Shown in pieces: positions 51,222 to 61,240 of a DNA stretch of 64,000 bases; the first letter of the stretch is position 1; every line of letters starts with the position of its first letter. Source of the stretch: Meiothermus sp. (lineage in GTDB: Bacteria > Deinococcota > Deinococci > Deinococcales > Thermaceae). A program made the position numbers and the translations under genes. Below the pieces are notes generated by a model, which was not told the DNA's origin, made no database searches, and saw only the letters and a list, made by a program, of their open reading frames with translations. The DNA lies in contig JANRLD010000098.1 in assembly GCA_033762915.1 (NCBI GenBank), positions 12,095 through 76,094 of the forward strand. Reading direction: 5' to 3'.

Positions 51222-54200
51222 ATGCGTCCACACCCGAAACCCACCCTCTCGCCCGAGCACCAGCAGCAGCACGACCGGCTCAAGGTCCGGCTCGGAGAGC
51301 TCTCGAGCTGGCGCGACCTCTTCTCGGCCCCCCTGAGCGCCGCCTTCATGCAGGGCAAGGAGTGGCTCGAGCTGGCTCCAGGACAGCCCTGGCCCCACCG
51401 TGAGTTTCCGGTTCAGATGATCCTGGAGGGCGAAGTCCCGGCGTCTTGGGCCGGGTGTCCGGTCTGGACGCGCCTGAATGTGGGGGGTGAGGCGCTGCTG
51501 AGCGTGGACGGCAGGGCTGTCGGGGGGCTTAACCCCTTCCACCGTGAGCATGCCCTGTTGGAACGGGCCAAGGGCGGCGAAGTGATCGCCCTCGAGGTCG
51601 AGGCGGTGCCCAGGGGGTTGTTCGGGCAGCCCAACCTCGGCCCCCGGCTCGAGGAGGCCGTGCTGATTGTCCCCGACCTTCAGGTGCGCGACCTGCTCAT
51701 GGATCTGACCTGCGCCTGGGAGGCCGTGCCCCATGTTCATCCGGATGTGGCCCAGCTGTTGCTGGATTTGCTCAGTCGGACCGTGGCCCTGATCGAGCTG
51801 CCGCGCAGCCCGGCCCGTCCCTACCTCGAGCAGCTCGAGCGCTCGGAGTGGTCTGCTATGACTGCCACCCTGTGGGAAGAGTGGAAGTTTGCTGGCCAGG
51901 GCATTTCGCTCACCGACGTACATCGGGCCAGCCTCGAGCGGGCCAAGACCCGCCTGTTGCACGGCCTGGCCGAACTCTCCAGCCGCTACCCCTCGGTGGG
52001 ACAGGTTTGGACCACCGGACACGCCCACATCGACCTGGCCTGGCTGTGGCCGGTGGCCGAGACCCGCCGCAAAATCCAGCGCACATTTGCCACCGTGCTG
52101 CGCCTGATGGAACAGTATCCCGACCTACACTTCAACCAATCCAGCGCCCAGGCTTACGCCTGGATCGAGCAGGACGACCCCGAGTTGTTTGAGGGCATCA
52201 GGGCCAGGGTGGCCGAGGGGCGCTGGGAGCCGGTGGGGGGGATGTGGGTAGAGCCGGACGGTAACCTGCTCTCCGGGGAAAGCTGGGCGCGACAGTTGCT
52301 CTACGGGCAGGGCTACTTTAAGGCCAAGTTCGGGAAACGCTGTTCGGTGGCCTGGCTGCCCGACACCTTCGGATTCGCCGCCAATCTGCCCCAGATTTTG
52401 AGGAAAGGCGAACTTCCATACTTCTTCACCACCAAAATGAACTGGAACGAAACCAATCCCTTTCCCCACGATCTCTGGCAGTGGGAGGGGCTGGACGGCT
52501 CGGTGGTGCTGGCCCACGGCTTTTGGAACCCCAACGAGAGCTACAACGGCAGCCTTCAGGCCACCGACCTCGCGGGCACCTGGCAGAGTTTTCGGGGAAA
52601 GCGCTATCACCACGCCTCGCTGCTGGCCGTCGGCCACGGCGACGGCGGCGGTGGCCCCAGTGCCGCCATGATGGAGCGGCTCGAGCGCTACCGGGCTTTT
52701 CCCGGGCTGCCGGCCGCACGGATGGGAAGGGTGGAGGCCTTTTATGAGCAGGTCGTAGGGTCGGGGGAGGCCAAGCATAGCGCGGGGGAGCCGGATGAGG
52801 GTGGCGGGAGCCCGGCGGTTTATTCCGCCGCGCTGCCCATCTGGTCCGGCGAGATGTACCTCGAGCTGCACCGCGCAACCTACACCACCCAGGCCGAGGT
52901 CAAGCGGCTGCACCGCAGGCTCGAGCAGGCCCTGACCGAGGCGGAGACCGCGTGGTCGCTGCTGGGACTCCACTCCAAAGAAGCGCACCTGGGCATAGAC
53001 GGGCACTACCCCAAGGGCGAACTCGAGACCTACTGGAAGACCCTTCTGCTCAACCAGTTTCACGACATCTTGCCCGGTTCGGGGGTGAGCAGCGTACCCC
53101 AGGATGCAGTAGAGGAGATGGCTAAAGCGCTGGCGGCGGTAGAGCTGATCCGGGAGGAGGCGCTGGGCATACTTTCGAGCGCTATAGACCGGATTCTTCC
53201 AGAGGCCCAGGCCCATCTTGTGATCTGGAATCTCAGCGGCCGGCCGCGCCCGCTGCGGGGCCGGTTCAAGCGACCCAGCCAGCAGTTCTTCCGGTTGATG
53301 GACAAGCACGGCGAGGAAGTGCCCTTCCAAGAAGCGGGCGAGGAAATTCTGATCTCCACTTCGGTCGTGGTCCCGGCATTTGGCTACCTGACCCTGGCGA
53401 TGGTGACCAAGCTCGAGGGCCGCAAGCCGGTGCCCTCGAGCCTTACCGCCAGCGAAAGTGTGCTTGAGAACCACTTTCTGCGGGTGGAGGTGGCCCCCGA
53501 TGGCAGCCTCGCCCGCGTCTACGACAAAGTTCGGCGGCGCGAGGTGCTGGCGGGCCGGGGCAACCAGATCTGGGCCTACACCGACGTGCCCCGCTTCTGG
53601 GAGGCCTGGGACCTGGACGCCAGCTACCCGGCCGAGGGCCGGGAGGTGTTGGCGACCCAGGTCCGACGGGCCGATCAGGGGCCCTTGCGGGCGGGCATCT
53701 GGGTGGAGCGGAGGGTCGGTTCCTCGGTGATTGAGCAGGTCTACTGGCTGTGGGAGGGATCGTCGCGCCTCGAGGTCGAGACCACCGCCCACTGGGAGGA
53801 ACGTCGCACCCTGCTGCGGGCGCTGTTCCCGCTGGCGGTGCGCTCGAGCCAGGCCACCTTCGAGACCGCTTTCGGGGTGGTGCAGCGTCCCACCCACAGC
53901 AATACCTCTTGGGATGCCGCGCAGTTCGAGGTGCCCGCCCTCCGGTGGGCCGATCTGAGCGAGGCCGGGTACGGGGTCAGCCTGCTCAACGACGGCAAAT
54001 ACGGCCACAGCGCCAGGGGCAACGTGCTGGGCTTGTCGCTGCTGCGTGGCGGCCTTTGGCCCGACCCCTTCGCTGATGTGGGCACCCACCGTTTCAACTA
54101 CGCCCTCTACCCCCATGAGGGCGACTGGCGCGGCCAAACCGTCGAAGAGGCCGAAGACCTTAACACCCCGTTACGGGCGGTCAGCCTGCCGGCCAGTGGG

Positions 54201-54485
54201 CGTAAAGACTCCTCGAGCCAGTCTCTGCTGCACCTGCGCGACCTAGGCGGTCTGCGGGTAAGCGCGCTTAAGAAGGCCGAGGACGGCAAGGGATACATCC
54301 TGCGGCTCTACGAGTCGGAGGGGGGCCGGGGCCAGATGCGGCTGGAGGTTTCGGGGCTGGGGATTCGGGTGGTCAGCCGGGTCAACCTTCTGGAGGACAA
54401 CGCCGAGGCCATGCTGCCTGAGAACGGCGTGGTCACGGTTGAGTACACGCCGTTCGAGGTGATAGGGTTGAGGCTGGAGCAGTAG
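51222..54485 (+). CDS. Alpha-mannosidase, GH38
   Basis: GHAHIDLAWLW, WLPDTFG, GHGDGGGG, GEMYLELHR, LLNQFHDILPG, NDGKYG. Confidence 0.93.
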   Translation: MRPHPKPTLSPEHQQQHDRLKVRLGELSSWRDLFSAPLSAAFMQGKEWLELAPGQPWPHREFPVQMILEGEVPASWAGCPVWTRLNVGGEALLSVDGRAVGGLNPFHREHALLERAKGGEVIALEVEAVPRGLFGQPNLGPRLEEAVLIVPDLQVRDLLMDLTCAWEAVPHVHPDVAQLLLDLLSRTVALIELPRSPARPYLEQLERSEWSAMTATLWEEWKFAGQGISLTDVHRASLERAKTRLLHGLAELSSRYPSVGQVWTTGHAHIDLAWLWPVAETRRKIQRTFATVLRLMEQYPDLHFNQSSAQAYAWIEQDDPELFEGIRARVAEGRWEPVGGMWVEPDGNLLSGESWARQLLYGQGYFKAKFGKRCSVAWLPDTFGFAANLPQILRKGELPYFFTTKMNWNETNPFPHDLWQWEGLDGSVVLAHGFWNPNESYNGSLQATDLAGTWQSFRGKRYHHASLLAVGHGDGGGGPSAAMMERLERYRAFPGLPAARMGRVEAFYEQVVGSGEAKHSAGEPDEGGGSPAVYSAALPIWSGEMYLELHRATYTTQAEVKRLHRRLEQALTEAETAWSLLGLHSKEAHLGIDGHYPKGELETYWKTLLLNQFHDILPGSGVSSVPQDAVEEMAKALAAVELIREEALGILSSAIDRILPEAQAHLVIWNLSGRPRPLRGRFKRPSQQFFRLMDKHGEEVPFQEAGEEILISTSVVVPAFGYLTLAMVTKLEGRKPVPSSLTASESVLENHFLRVEVAPDGSLARVYDKVRRREVLAGRGNQIWAYTDVPRFWEAWDLDASYPAEGREVLATQVRRADQGPLRAGIWVERRVGSSVIEQVYWLWEGSSRLEVETTAHWEERRTLLRALFPLAVRSSQATFETAFGVVQRPTHSNTSWDAAQFEVPALRWADLSEAGYGVSLLNDGKYGHSARGNVLGLSLLRGGLWPDPFADVGTHRFNYALYPHEGDWRGQTVEEAEDLNTPLRAVSLPASGRKDSSSQSLLHLRDLGGLRVSALKKAEDGKGYILRLYESEGGRGQMRLEVSGLGIRVVSRVNLLEDNAEAMLPENGVVTVEYTPFEVIGLRLEQ

Positions 54486-54641
54486 TCGTTGGGCTTCTGA
54501 CCGGAAACCGAGGTCCCTGCCGCACGACTCCTGCTTGGTGCAAGTCTCGAGCGATCAAACCTTCCAACCCCCGGCCTGTCCGCCCTCTCCGCTCTACCCA
54601 CACCGCTTCACACCAAAAGTAAACCGCCTGCAAGAACTTTT

Positions 54642-55724
54642 ATGAACGAACTCACCGGAACCATCGTCACCTCGAGCCTAAGCTACCCGGGCCGGCTGCG
54701 TTTTGACCGGCGGGTGGTTTCTGCCACCCCGGATCCGAAGGGCGAGGGCCCGGTTATTCTTCCGGGCTTCCTGGACCTCCATGTCCACGGCGGGGGCGGG
54801 GCGGACTGCATGGACGGCGAGGCGGCCGTACGGCAGGTGGCGCGGTTCCACGCCCGCCACGGGACCACTGGGATGTTGGCGACTACCGTCACCGCTCGCG
54901 TCGAGGAGATCGAGACCGCACTGCGGGGCATAAGCGCGGTGATGGAGCGTCCAGAGGCGGGCGAGGCCAGGGTTCTGGGGGTTCACCTCGAGGGGCCGTT
55001 CATCAACCCCCGAAAGCTGGGCGCACAGCCGCCGTTCGCCCTCAAGCCCGACCTGGGGTTGATGCGCCGTTGGCTGAGTCTGGCCCCCATCAAGGTGGTC
55101 ACGTTGGCGGCAGAGCTCGAGGGTGCGCTCGAGCTGATCGAGTTCCTTACCCTTCAGGGCGTGCGGGTGCAGCAGGGCCATACCCTAGCGACCTATGAAC
55201 AGGCTAAGGCTGGCTTTGCGGCAGGGGCGCAGGGCTTCACCCACTTTTTCAATGCCATGAGTCCGCTGGGCCACCGCGAGCCGGGGGTGGTGGGGCTGGG
55301 TCTTGAGCAGGCCCAGTGGGCCGAGGTGATCCCCGACGGACTGCACGTACACCCTGCCGCCATCCGCACGGTCTGGAAAAACATCGCCCAGACCTACGCC
55401 GTAACCGACGCAGCCGAGGCTGCTGGAATGCCCGACGGCGAGTACCACCTGGGCCAGCACAGGGTCTACCGCAGGGGGGGTGGCGTCTACCTGGCCGATG
55501 GCACCCTGGCCGGCAGCGCCCTCACCATGGGTCAGGCTGCCAGAAACCTGCACGCCTGGGGCTACGGGCTGCAAGACATCCTCGCCATGACCTCCGGGAA
55601 CGCTGCCCAATACCTGGGCCTACAGCACGGCCTCGAGCCGGGCAATCCCGCCGACCTGGTGGTGCTGAGCGAGGGAATGGAACTCGAGGCAGTTTACGTA
55701 CAAGGCGAAAGGGTCGCAGGCTGA
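54642..55724 (+). CDS. nagA: N-acetylglucosamine-6-phosphate deacetylase
   Basis: PGFLDLHVHGGGG, HLEGPF, THFFNAM, DGLHVHP, VTDA, LAGS. Confidence 0.93.
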   Translation: MNELTGTIVTSSLSYPGRLRFDRRVVSATPDPKGEGPVILPGFLDLHVHGGGGADCMDGEAAVRQVARFHARHGTTGMLATTVTARVEEIETALRGISAVMERPEAGEARVLGVHLEGPFINPRKLGAQPPFALKPDLGLMRRWLSLAPIKVVTLAAELEGALELIEFLTLQGVRVQQGHTLATYEQAKAGFAAGAQGFTHFFNAMSPLGHREPGVVGLGLEQAQWAEVIPDGLHVHPAAIRTVWKNIAQTYAVTDAAEAAGMPDGEYHLGQHRVYRRGGGVYLADGTLAGSALTMGQAARNLHAWGYGLQDILAMTSGNAAQYLGLQHGLEPGNPADLVVLSEGMELEAVYVQGERVAG

Positions 55725-55811
55725 ACGGCTTAGAGTGCGACTCGAGTCGAGCCTCTGGACTCTAGCCATCCGTACAAATAGTCTTCCGCTCTCAAAACAA
55801 CCGAGGCCAGC

Positions 55812-56855
55812 ATGAAATTTACCGATACCAAGATGTACAAGGAGTCCCTTCAAGCCCCCGCCGTGGTGGAGCGCTTGTTGCGGGAGAACCAGGGCGAGGT
55901 CGAGCAGCTGGCCGGGTTCTTGCGTAGAAACGCCCCGCCGTTTGCGCTTACCGTGGCTAGGGGTTCCTCCGATCACGCCGCCCTTTACGGGAAGTACCTC
56001 ATCGAGGGGATGCTGGGTCTGGTCTGCTCGAGCGCCATACCTTCCGTCACTACCGTCTATGGCGCGACGCTGGGCCTGAACAAGGCCCTGGTGATCGCCG
56101 TATCGCAGTCCGGCGAGAGCCCAGACCTAATCGAGGTCACCCGCCAGGCCCGGCGGGCTGGCGCCCTGACCGTGGCCTTTGTCAACAAGGAGGCCTCGCC
56201 ATTGGCCCAAACGGCAGAGGTGGTCTTTCCGCTGTGGGCTGCCCCCGAGGAGGCGGTGGCCGCCACCAAAAGCTATCTGGCAACGCTCGCCGCCCTGATC
56301 CAGCTGGTGGCCCACTGGTCGGACAACAAAAACCTTATCGATGCCCTGCCGCTGCTGCCAGAGGCCCTTTACAAGGCTTCCCAAGCCGACTGGAGCCCAG
56401 CCATAGAGCCGCTGGTGGAGGCCGACAACGGGCTTGTGGTGGGGCGCGGCTTCTCCTTCGCGGTTGCCAACGAGGCCGCCCTCAAGCTGAAAGAGACCTC
56501 GGCCTTTCACGCCGAGGCCATGTCCGGTGCCGAGCTCCTGCACGGGCCGGTGGCGCTGGTGGAGCCTGGCTTCCCGCTGCTGGTGTTGGCCCCCAAGGAC
56601 AAGCCGCTGCGCGGCATGGTGGGGCTGCTGGAGAACCTTCGCAGCAAGGGCGGTCACCTGCTGGTAGCCTCCTCTGAGGCAGAGGCCCTCGAGCTGGCCC
56701 ACACCCCCCTGGCCATGCCCGCCAAGCTACACCCGGTGCTCGACTCAATGCTTCTAGCGCAGTCCTTCTACCCCTTCGCGGCGCAGCTCTCGGTGGCGCG
56801 GGGGTTCAACCCCGATGCTCCGCGCAACCTGAGCAAGGTGACGCGAACTCGATAG
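55812..56855 (+). CDS. SIS-domain phosphosugar isomerase / glucosamine-6-P deaminase (GlmS C-terminal-like)
   Basis: ARGSS, SQSGES, VAATKSY, ALKLKE, HGP, NPDAPRNLSKVT; no glutaminase domain. Confidence 0.88.
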   Translation: MKFTDTKMYKESLQAPAVVERLLRENQGEVEQLAGFLRRNAPPFALTVARGSSDHAALYGKYLIEGMLGLVCSSAIPSVTTVYGATLGLNKALVIAVSQSGESPDLIEVTRQARRAGALTVAFVNKEASPLAQTAEVVFPLWAAPEEAVAATKSYLATLAALIQLVAHWSDNKNLIDALPLLPEALYKASQADWSPAIEPLVEADNGLVVGRGFSFAVANEAALKLKETSAFHAEAMSGAELLHGPVALVEPGFPLLVLAPKDKPLRGMVGLLENLRSKGGHLLVASSEAEALELAHTPLAMPAKLHPVLDSMLLAQSFYPFAAQLSVARGFNPDAPRNLSKVTRTR

Positions 56856-57254
56856 GGCTCGAGCCGGAATCGCGGGCTCTCCTAGACCCCTCCCTTGTGG
56901 AGCTGATGGAGCACTCGAGGTCCGCCCAGGAGACCTTCGGTTAATTGATGCGGGCAGTCTTGCAGCATCGGTTACTTTCAGTCGATGCCTCGAAAGAGGT
57001 TTCCGGAAACGAGCATGGTGCTCACGTACAGCAGCTACTCTTCCCCTACCTCGAGCGCCTTGAAGTGCCCTCGGCAGTTACCCATGGGGCTGAACCCCGC
57101 TGGCCTATTCTGATCCCGCAGAATCAATCATCCCGCAGGCGGTGCTGGCCCAGCGCCCTCGGATCGGTCTGCTGACTTTCGCGCCAAATTTGCGGTTCTC
57201 GGGGTTCCCAGACCGCATCAAAGCCGGTCGGCCCGGCAACGTGAGTGTACCCAA

Positions 57255-59312
57255 CTAACCTGTGGAGTCCTCGGTTCTGACTGGCCTGCGCTTCAGGTTT
57301 TGCACCACCAGCTCGGAGATGTCGAGCACCTTGGGGGCTTGACCCTCGGGCTCCTGGGTGGCCTCGAGGTTCATCATCTGCATGCAGAAGGGGCAGCCCA
57401 CTGCGATGGTGTCGGCCTTGGTCTCTTTTAGCTCGCGGTAGCGGTTGGCAGAAACCCGCTCGTCGCCGGGCTCTTCCTCCTTCCAAAACTGCGCCCCTCC
57501 TGCCCCGCAGCAGAAGCTGTTTTTGCCGTGGCGTTCGGGTTCGTTGAGCTTGAGGCCGGCAGCCTTGATGACCTCTCGAGGCTCCTCGATCACGTCGTTG
57601 TGCCGCCCGAGGTAGCAGGGGTCGTGATAGGTCACGTCCCCGGCCATTGGGATCAGCTCGAGCTTCTTGGCGCCGATCAGCTCGGAGATGTAGTCGGTGT
57701 GGTGCTTGACCTGGTAGGTTCCGCCGAAGTCTTTGTACTCGTTGGCGAGGGTGTGGAAGCAGTGGGGGCAGGTGGTGACGATGGTCTTGGGTTTGGCCTC
57801 CATCGCGGCATTTAATGTTTCCACGTTTTCGGTAGCCAGCTGCATGAACAGAAACTCGTTACCCGCCCGCCGGGCGGAGTCGCCGGTGCACTTCTCCTGC
57901 TTGCCCAGCACCGCCCAGTTGGTGCCAGACTCCTGGAGGATTTCGGCGAAGGCCCTGGCGGTTTTTTGGGCGCGTGGGTCGTATGAAGGCGCACAGCCGA
58001 CCCAGTAGAGTACCTCGGCCTCGGGGTTTTGACTCACCGTCGACACCTCGAAGCCCAGCCCCTCCGTCCAGCCCATGCGCTTGTCCTGGCCGATGTTCCA
58101 GGGATTGCCGTTGCGCTCCATGCCCTTGAAGGCGTTGTTGAGCTGAGCGGGGAACTCGCCTTGCATCATCACCCGCTCTCGGCGCACGTCTACGATGTGC
58201 AGCATCTGCTCGTTGCCCACCGGGCAGACTTCCACACAGGCGTTGCAGGTGGTGCAGGCCCAGATGGACTCGTCGTTCATGGCGAAGTCCATGAGCGGCC
58301 GGGGGCTCTCTTTGCCGGCAGAAAAGACCGGGAGGATCTCGTTCAGCTCGTAGCGCTCGGAGATCAGGATTGCGGCGGGCGACAGCGCCTTGCCGGTGGT
58401 GTAAGCCGGGCAAACCTCCTGACACCGGTTACACATGATGCAACTATAGGCGTCGAGCAGCCGCGGCCAGGAGTAGTCTTCCAGCTTCGCCACGCCGAAC
58501 TTCTCCATCTTCTCGAGCGCCTCGAAGTCCTTGGCAATCGGCACCAGTGCCCCCGGCTTTTCCTTCTTAAGGGCCAGGTTGAGGGGGGCCAGGAAGAGGT
58601 GGATGTGCTTGCTGCGGGCGAAGTAGGGGACGAACAGCAGGATCGAGCCGAGGGCGAACCACCAGAAGACGTGTTCGGCTACCACCACCTGGTCCACGTC
58701 GAGCTGGAGGAACAGGTTGGACACAAATCCGGCGACGGGCTGAAACGGGTCGGGGCCGTAGTCCAGGTTGGCGGCCTGTGCAGCCTTGTGCAGCAGCCTC
58801 GAGCCGACGTGAAAAAAGATGAAGCTGCCCACGATGGCGCTGTCGGTGGGGATGCCGCCCCGCACCTTTTCGTGGACGGGGGTCTTGTCGCGCCAACTGA
58901 AGGTCTTGCGGCCCGCCCCGGAGAAACGCCGGATCATCAGCCCCACGATGCCCAGCAGGATCAAGGCGGTGAGGAGATCGGCCACGATGTTGAAGCCGTT
59001 CCAGAATCCGCCCCTGGCCTTGAAGGGGAAGAGGCCCTCGAGCACATCTACCAGGTTCACCAGAAGGTAGAAGACAAAGCCGTAGAACACGAAGGCGTGC
59101 AGCAGGCTGACCCAGGGCCGCTTCTTGAAAACGGTCTGCATCGTCAGGGTCTGCCAGAGGGCCCGGCCAATGCGGGCGGGCAGGTTGTCGAAGCGATCCT
59201 CGGGCTGCCCCCGTCGGACAGCCTTGTAGACGCGGTAGAGCGCTCCCCCGCCGAAGTAGACCGAGGCGAGCACGAGCAGCAGGAAGGCGACTTTCTCAGG
59301 TGTGGTCAGCAT
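57255..59312 (-). CDS. Membrane Fe-S oxidoreductase (FadF/HdrD-like, CCG domains)
   Basis: TM N-terminus; CIMCNRCQEVCP and CTTCNACVEVCP; YHDPCYLGR, CCGAGG. Confidence 0.88.
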   Translation of the reverse strand: MLTTPEKVAFLLLVLASVYFGGGALYRVYKAVRRGQPEDRFDNLPARIGRALWQTLTMQTVFKKRPWVSLLHAFVFYGFVFYLLVNLVDVLEGLFPFKARGGFWNGFNIVADLLTALILLGIVGLMIRRFSGAGRKTFSWRDKTPVHEKVRGGIPTDSAIVGSFIFFHVGSRLLHKAAQAANLDYGPDPFQPVAGFVSNLFLQLDVDQVVVAEHVFWWFALGSILLFVPYFARSKHIHLFLAPLNLALKKEKPGALVPIAKDFEALEKMEKFGVAKLEDYSWPRLLDAYSCIMCNRCQEVCPAYTTGKALSPAAILISERYELNEILPVFSAGKESPRPLMDFAMNDESIWACTTCNACVEVCPVGNEQMLHIVDVRRERVMMQGEFPAQLNNAFKGMERNGNPWNIGQDKRMGWTEGLGFEVSTVSQNPEAEVLYWVGCAPSYDPRAQKTARAFAEILQESGTNWAVLGKQEKCTGDSARRAGNEFLFMQLATENVETLNAAMEAKPKTIVTTCPHCFHTLANEYKDFGGTYQVKHHTDYISELIGAKKLELIPMAGDVTYHDPCYLGRHNDVIEEPREVIKAAGLKLNEPERHGKNSFCCGAGGAQFWKEEEPGDERVSANRYRELKETKADTIAVGCPFCMQMMNLEATQEPEGQAPKVLDISELVVQNLKRRPVRTEDSTG

Positions 59313-59364
59313 ATTTCCACCATTATTGTACTGGGTATAAGTTGAAGCATTGTGATGACCTGCC

Positions 59365-59649
59365 TCAGGCCTCGTCCAGGTGGGGTTCAACCACCGCTCG
59401 AGTCTCCTGGCTGCTCACCACCGGCACGATCTCGAAGCTGGCCCCGCAGCCGCGCCAGCGCAGCACCCACTCCTGCAACAGCCGGAGGTCGTCACACTCC
59501 ATAAGCTGGAAACAGCGGCTGAAATTGGGCTCGACCCAGCTGTCCAGGTACTTCAGCCCCTCGGGCACCATGCGCCCCTCGTCGCGCACCCGCTTGTAAA
59601 CGGGCAGCATGTCGTTGTCCTTGAAACGCTCGACGATCATGAACAGCAT
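59365..59649 (-). CDS. DUF3303-like small protein
   Basis: MLFMIVERFK..GRMVPEGLKYLDSWV...CFQLMECDD...FEIVPV; AAGGAG RBS. Confidence 0.7.
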   Translation of the reverse strand: MLFMIVERFKDNDMLPVYKRVRDEGRMVPEGLKYLDSWVEPNFSRCFQLMECDDLRLLQEWVLRWRGCGASFEIVPVVSSQETRAVVEPHLDEA

Positions 59650-59871
59650 GGACTCTCCTTGGGGCGTGCCGGCTTGCCCTATTCTCAGGCCCCGCTGCGG
59701 TTTTGGGCAACTCTCGAGGTCCTCGAGTCGCCGGCTGACCTTCCCCAGAAGGTAGCCGGCTCTATGGGTGTGGCGTTCGAGCGGTGCACCAACGTCCGCC
59801 GTCGGCTACCCCCGCTACCGGTATGGAATGCTTTCTACGGCACTTAGCGGAAACACGGGGCTGCGATACAC

Positions 59872-61212
59872 CTACAAAGCGCCTACTTCTGCCAGGGAGT
59901 CCCTTACCGCTAACGTGAACAGATCGACGATCTCCTGGAGCTCGGCGTCCGTCGCGTTGTAGGGCGGCGCGAGAATGGCGGTGTCGCCCCGCACGCCGTC
60001 CACGTTGCCGCCCGAGGGGTAGCAGATCAGGCCACGCTCGAGGGCGTTTCGCCGAACCCGCAAATAGAGCTGGTGTTCCGCCAGGAAGGGCTCTTTAGTT
60101 GCCCGATCCGCGACGAACTCCACGCCCACGAAGAAGCCCCGCCCGCGCACGTCGCCGACCGGCTCGAGGTTGCCCAGCGCCCCGCGCAGGCTGTTCTGGA
60201 ACCGCTCGCCCGCCGTGCGAACGCGCTCCACCAGGCCGTCGCGTTTCACGATGCTCTGCACCGCCACCCCCGCCGCACAGGCCAAAGTATGCCCGGTAAA
60301 GGTGTGTCCCGTCAGCGGGCCGCCGTGGGCGGCAGAGAGGGCTTCGTGAATGCGGGAGGTGTAGATCGCGGCACCCAGCGGGACGTAGCCGCCGCCCAGG
60401 CCCTTGGCCACGGTCATGATGTCGGGTTCGACGCCATCGTGCTCGAGGGTTCTCCAGTTGCCACTGCGGCCCGAGCCGCACATCACCTCGTCGGCGATCA
60501 TCAACACGCCGTAGCGGTCGCATACCTCCCGAATCCGCCGGGCGTACCCCGGCGGGGCCGGAACGGCCCCGCCCGCCGCGCCCACAATCGGCTCGAAGAT
60601 GAAAGCTGCGACCCGTTCCTCGCCTCGAGCCCGGATGGCCGCCTCGAGTTCCGCCGCCCCGGCCTCGGCCACGGTCTCGGCGGAGGCCCCCGCCATCGGC
60701 CGGTAGGCGTTGACTGGTGAGAGTAGGGTGGTGTCGAGCAGCGCCCCCTCGAAGGGCGCCCGTCGCTCCTCGAAGCCCGAGACCGACATGGCCCCCAGGG
60801 TGTTGCCGTGCCAGGAACGGCGCCGGGCGATGAAGTGCCGCCTCGAGGGCTGCCCCACCGCCGTCTGGTACTGCAGCGCGAGCTTTAGCGCCGACTCCAC
60901 CGCCTCCGAGCCGCCGCTGACAAAGATCATGTGTTTGAGGTTGCCTCCGCACGCCTCCGACACCAGGGCAGTGAGCTGCTCGAGGGGGTCGCTGGTAAAG
61001 GTGTAGCGGTAGCCGTGTGCGACCTGCTCGAGCTGCCTCACCAGCGCTGCGTTCACCTCGGGGTGGGCGTGGCCCAGGCAGTAGACCGCCGGGCCGCCCG
61101 AGCCGTCCAAGTAGCTCTTGCCGCTGGTGTCCCAGAGCCGGCTGCCGCGCCCGTAGGCGATTTTGGGCAGCTCCGCAGCGGCGATGCTGATGCTGGGTCT
61201 CGGGGTGCTCAT
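59872..61212 (-). CDS. Class III PLP aminotransferase
   Basis: YLDGSGG, SGGSEAVE, WHG, FEPIVG, IADEVMCG, AKGLGGG, GHT. Confidence 0.92.
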   Translation of the reverse strand: MSTPRPSISIAAAELPKIAYGRGSRLWDTSGKSYLDGSGGPAVYCLGHAHPEVNAALVRQLEQVAHGYRYTFTSDPLEQLTALVSEACGGNLKHMIFVSGGSEAVESALKLALQYQTAVGQPSRRHFIARRRSWHGNTLGAMSVSGFEERRAPFEGALLDTTLLSPVNAYRPMAGASAETVAEAGAAELEAAIRARGEERVAAFIFEPIVGAAGGAVPAPPGYARRIREVCDRYGVLMIADEVMCGSGRSGNWRTLEHDGVEPDIMTVAKGLGGGYVPLGAAIYTSRIHEALSAAHGGPLTGHTFTGHTLACAAGVAVQSIVKRDGLVERVRTAGERFQNSLRGALGNLEPVGDVRGRGFFVGVEFVADRATKEPFLAEHQLYLRVRRNALERGLICYPSGGNVDGVRGDTAILAPPYNATDAELQEIVDLFTLAVRDSLAEVGAL

Positions 61213-61240
61213 CACGCGTCAGGTCCTCAAACTCGCCGGC

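Noticed and set aside
56856..57254. 400-nt gap with a 76-aa ORF
   Set aside because: No recognisable homology, start signals or RNA motif
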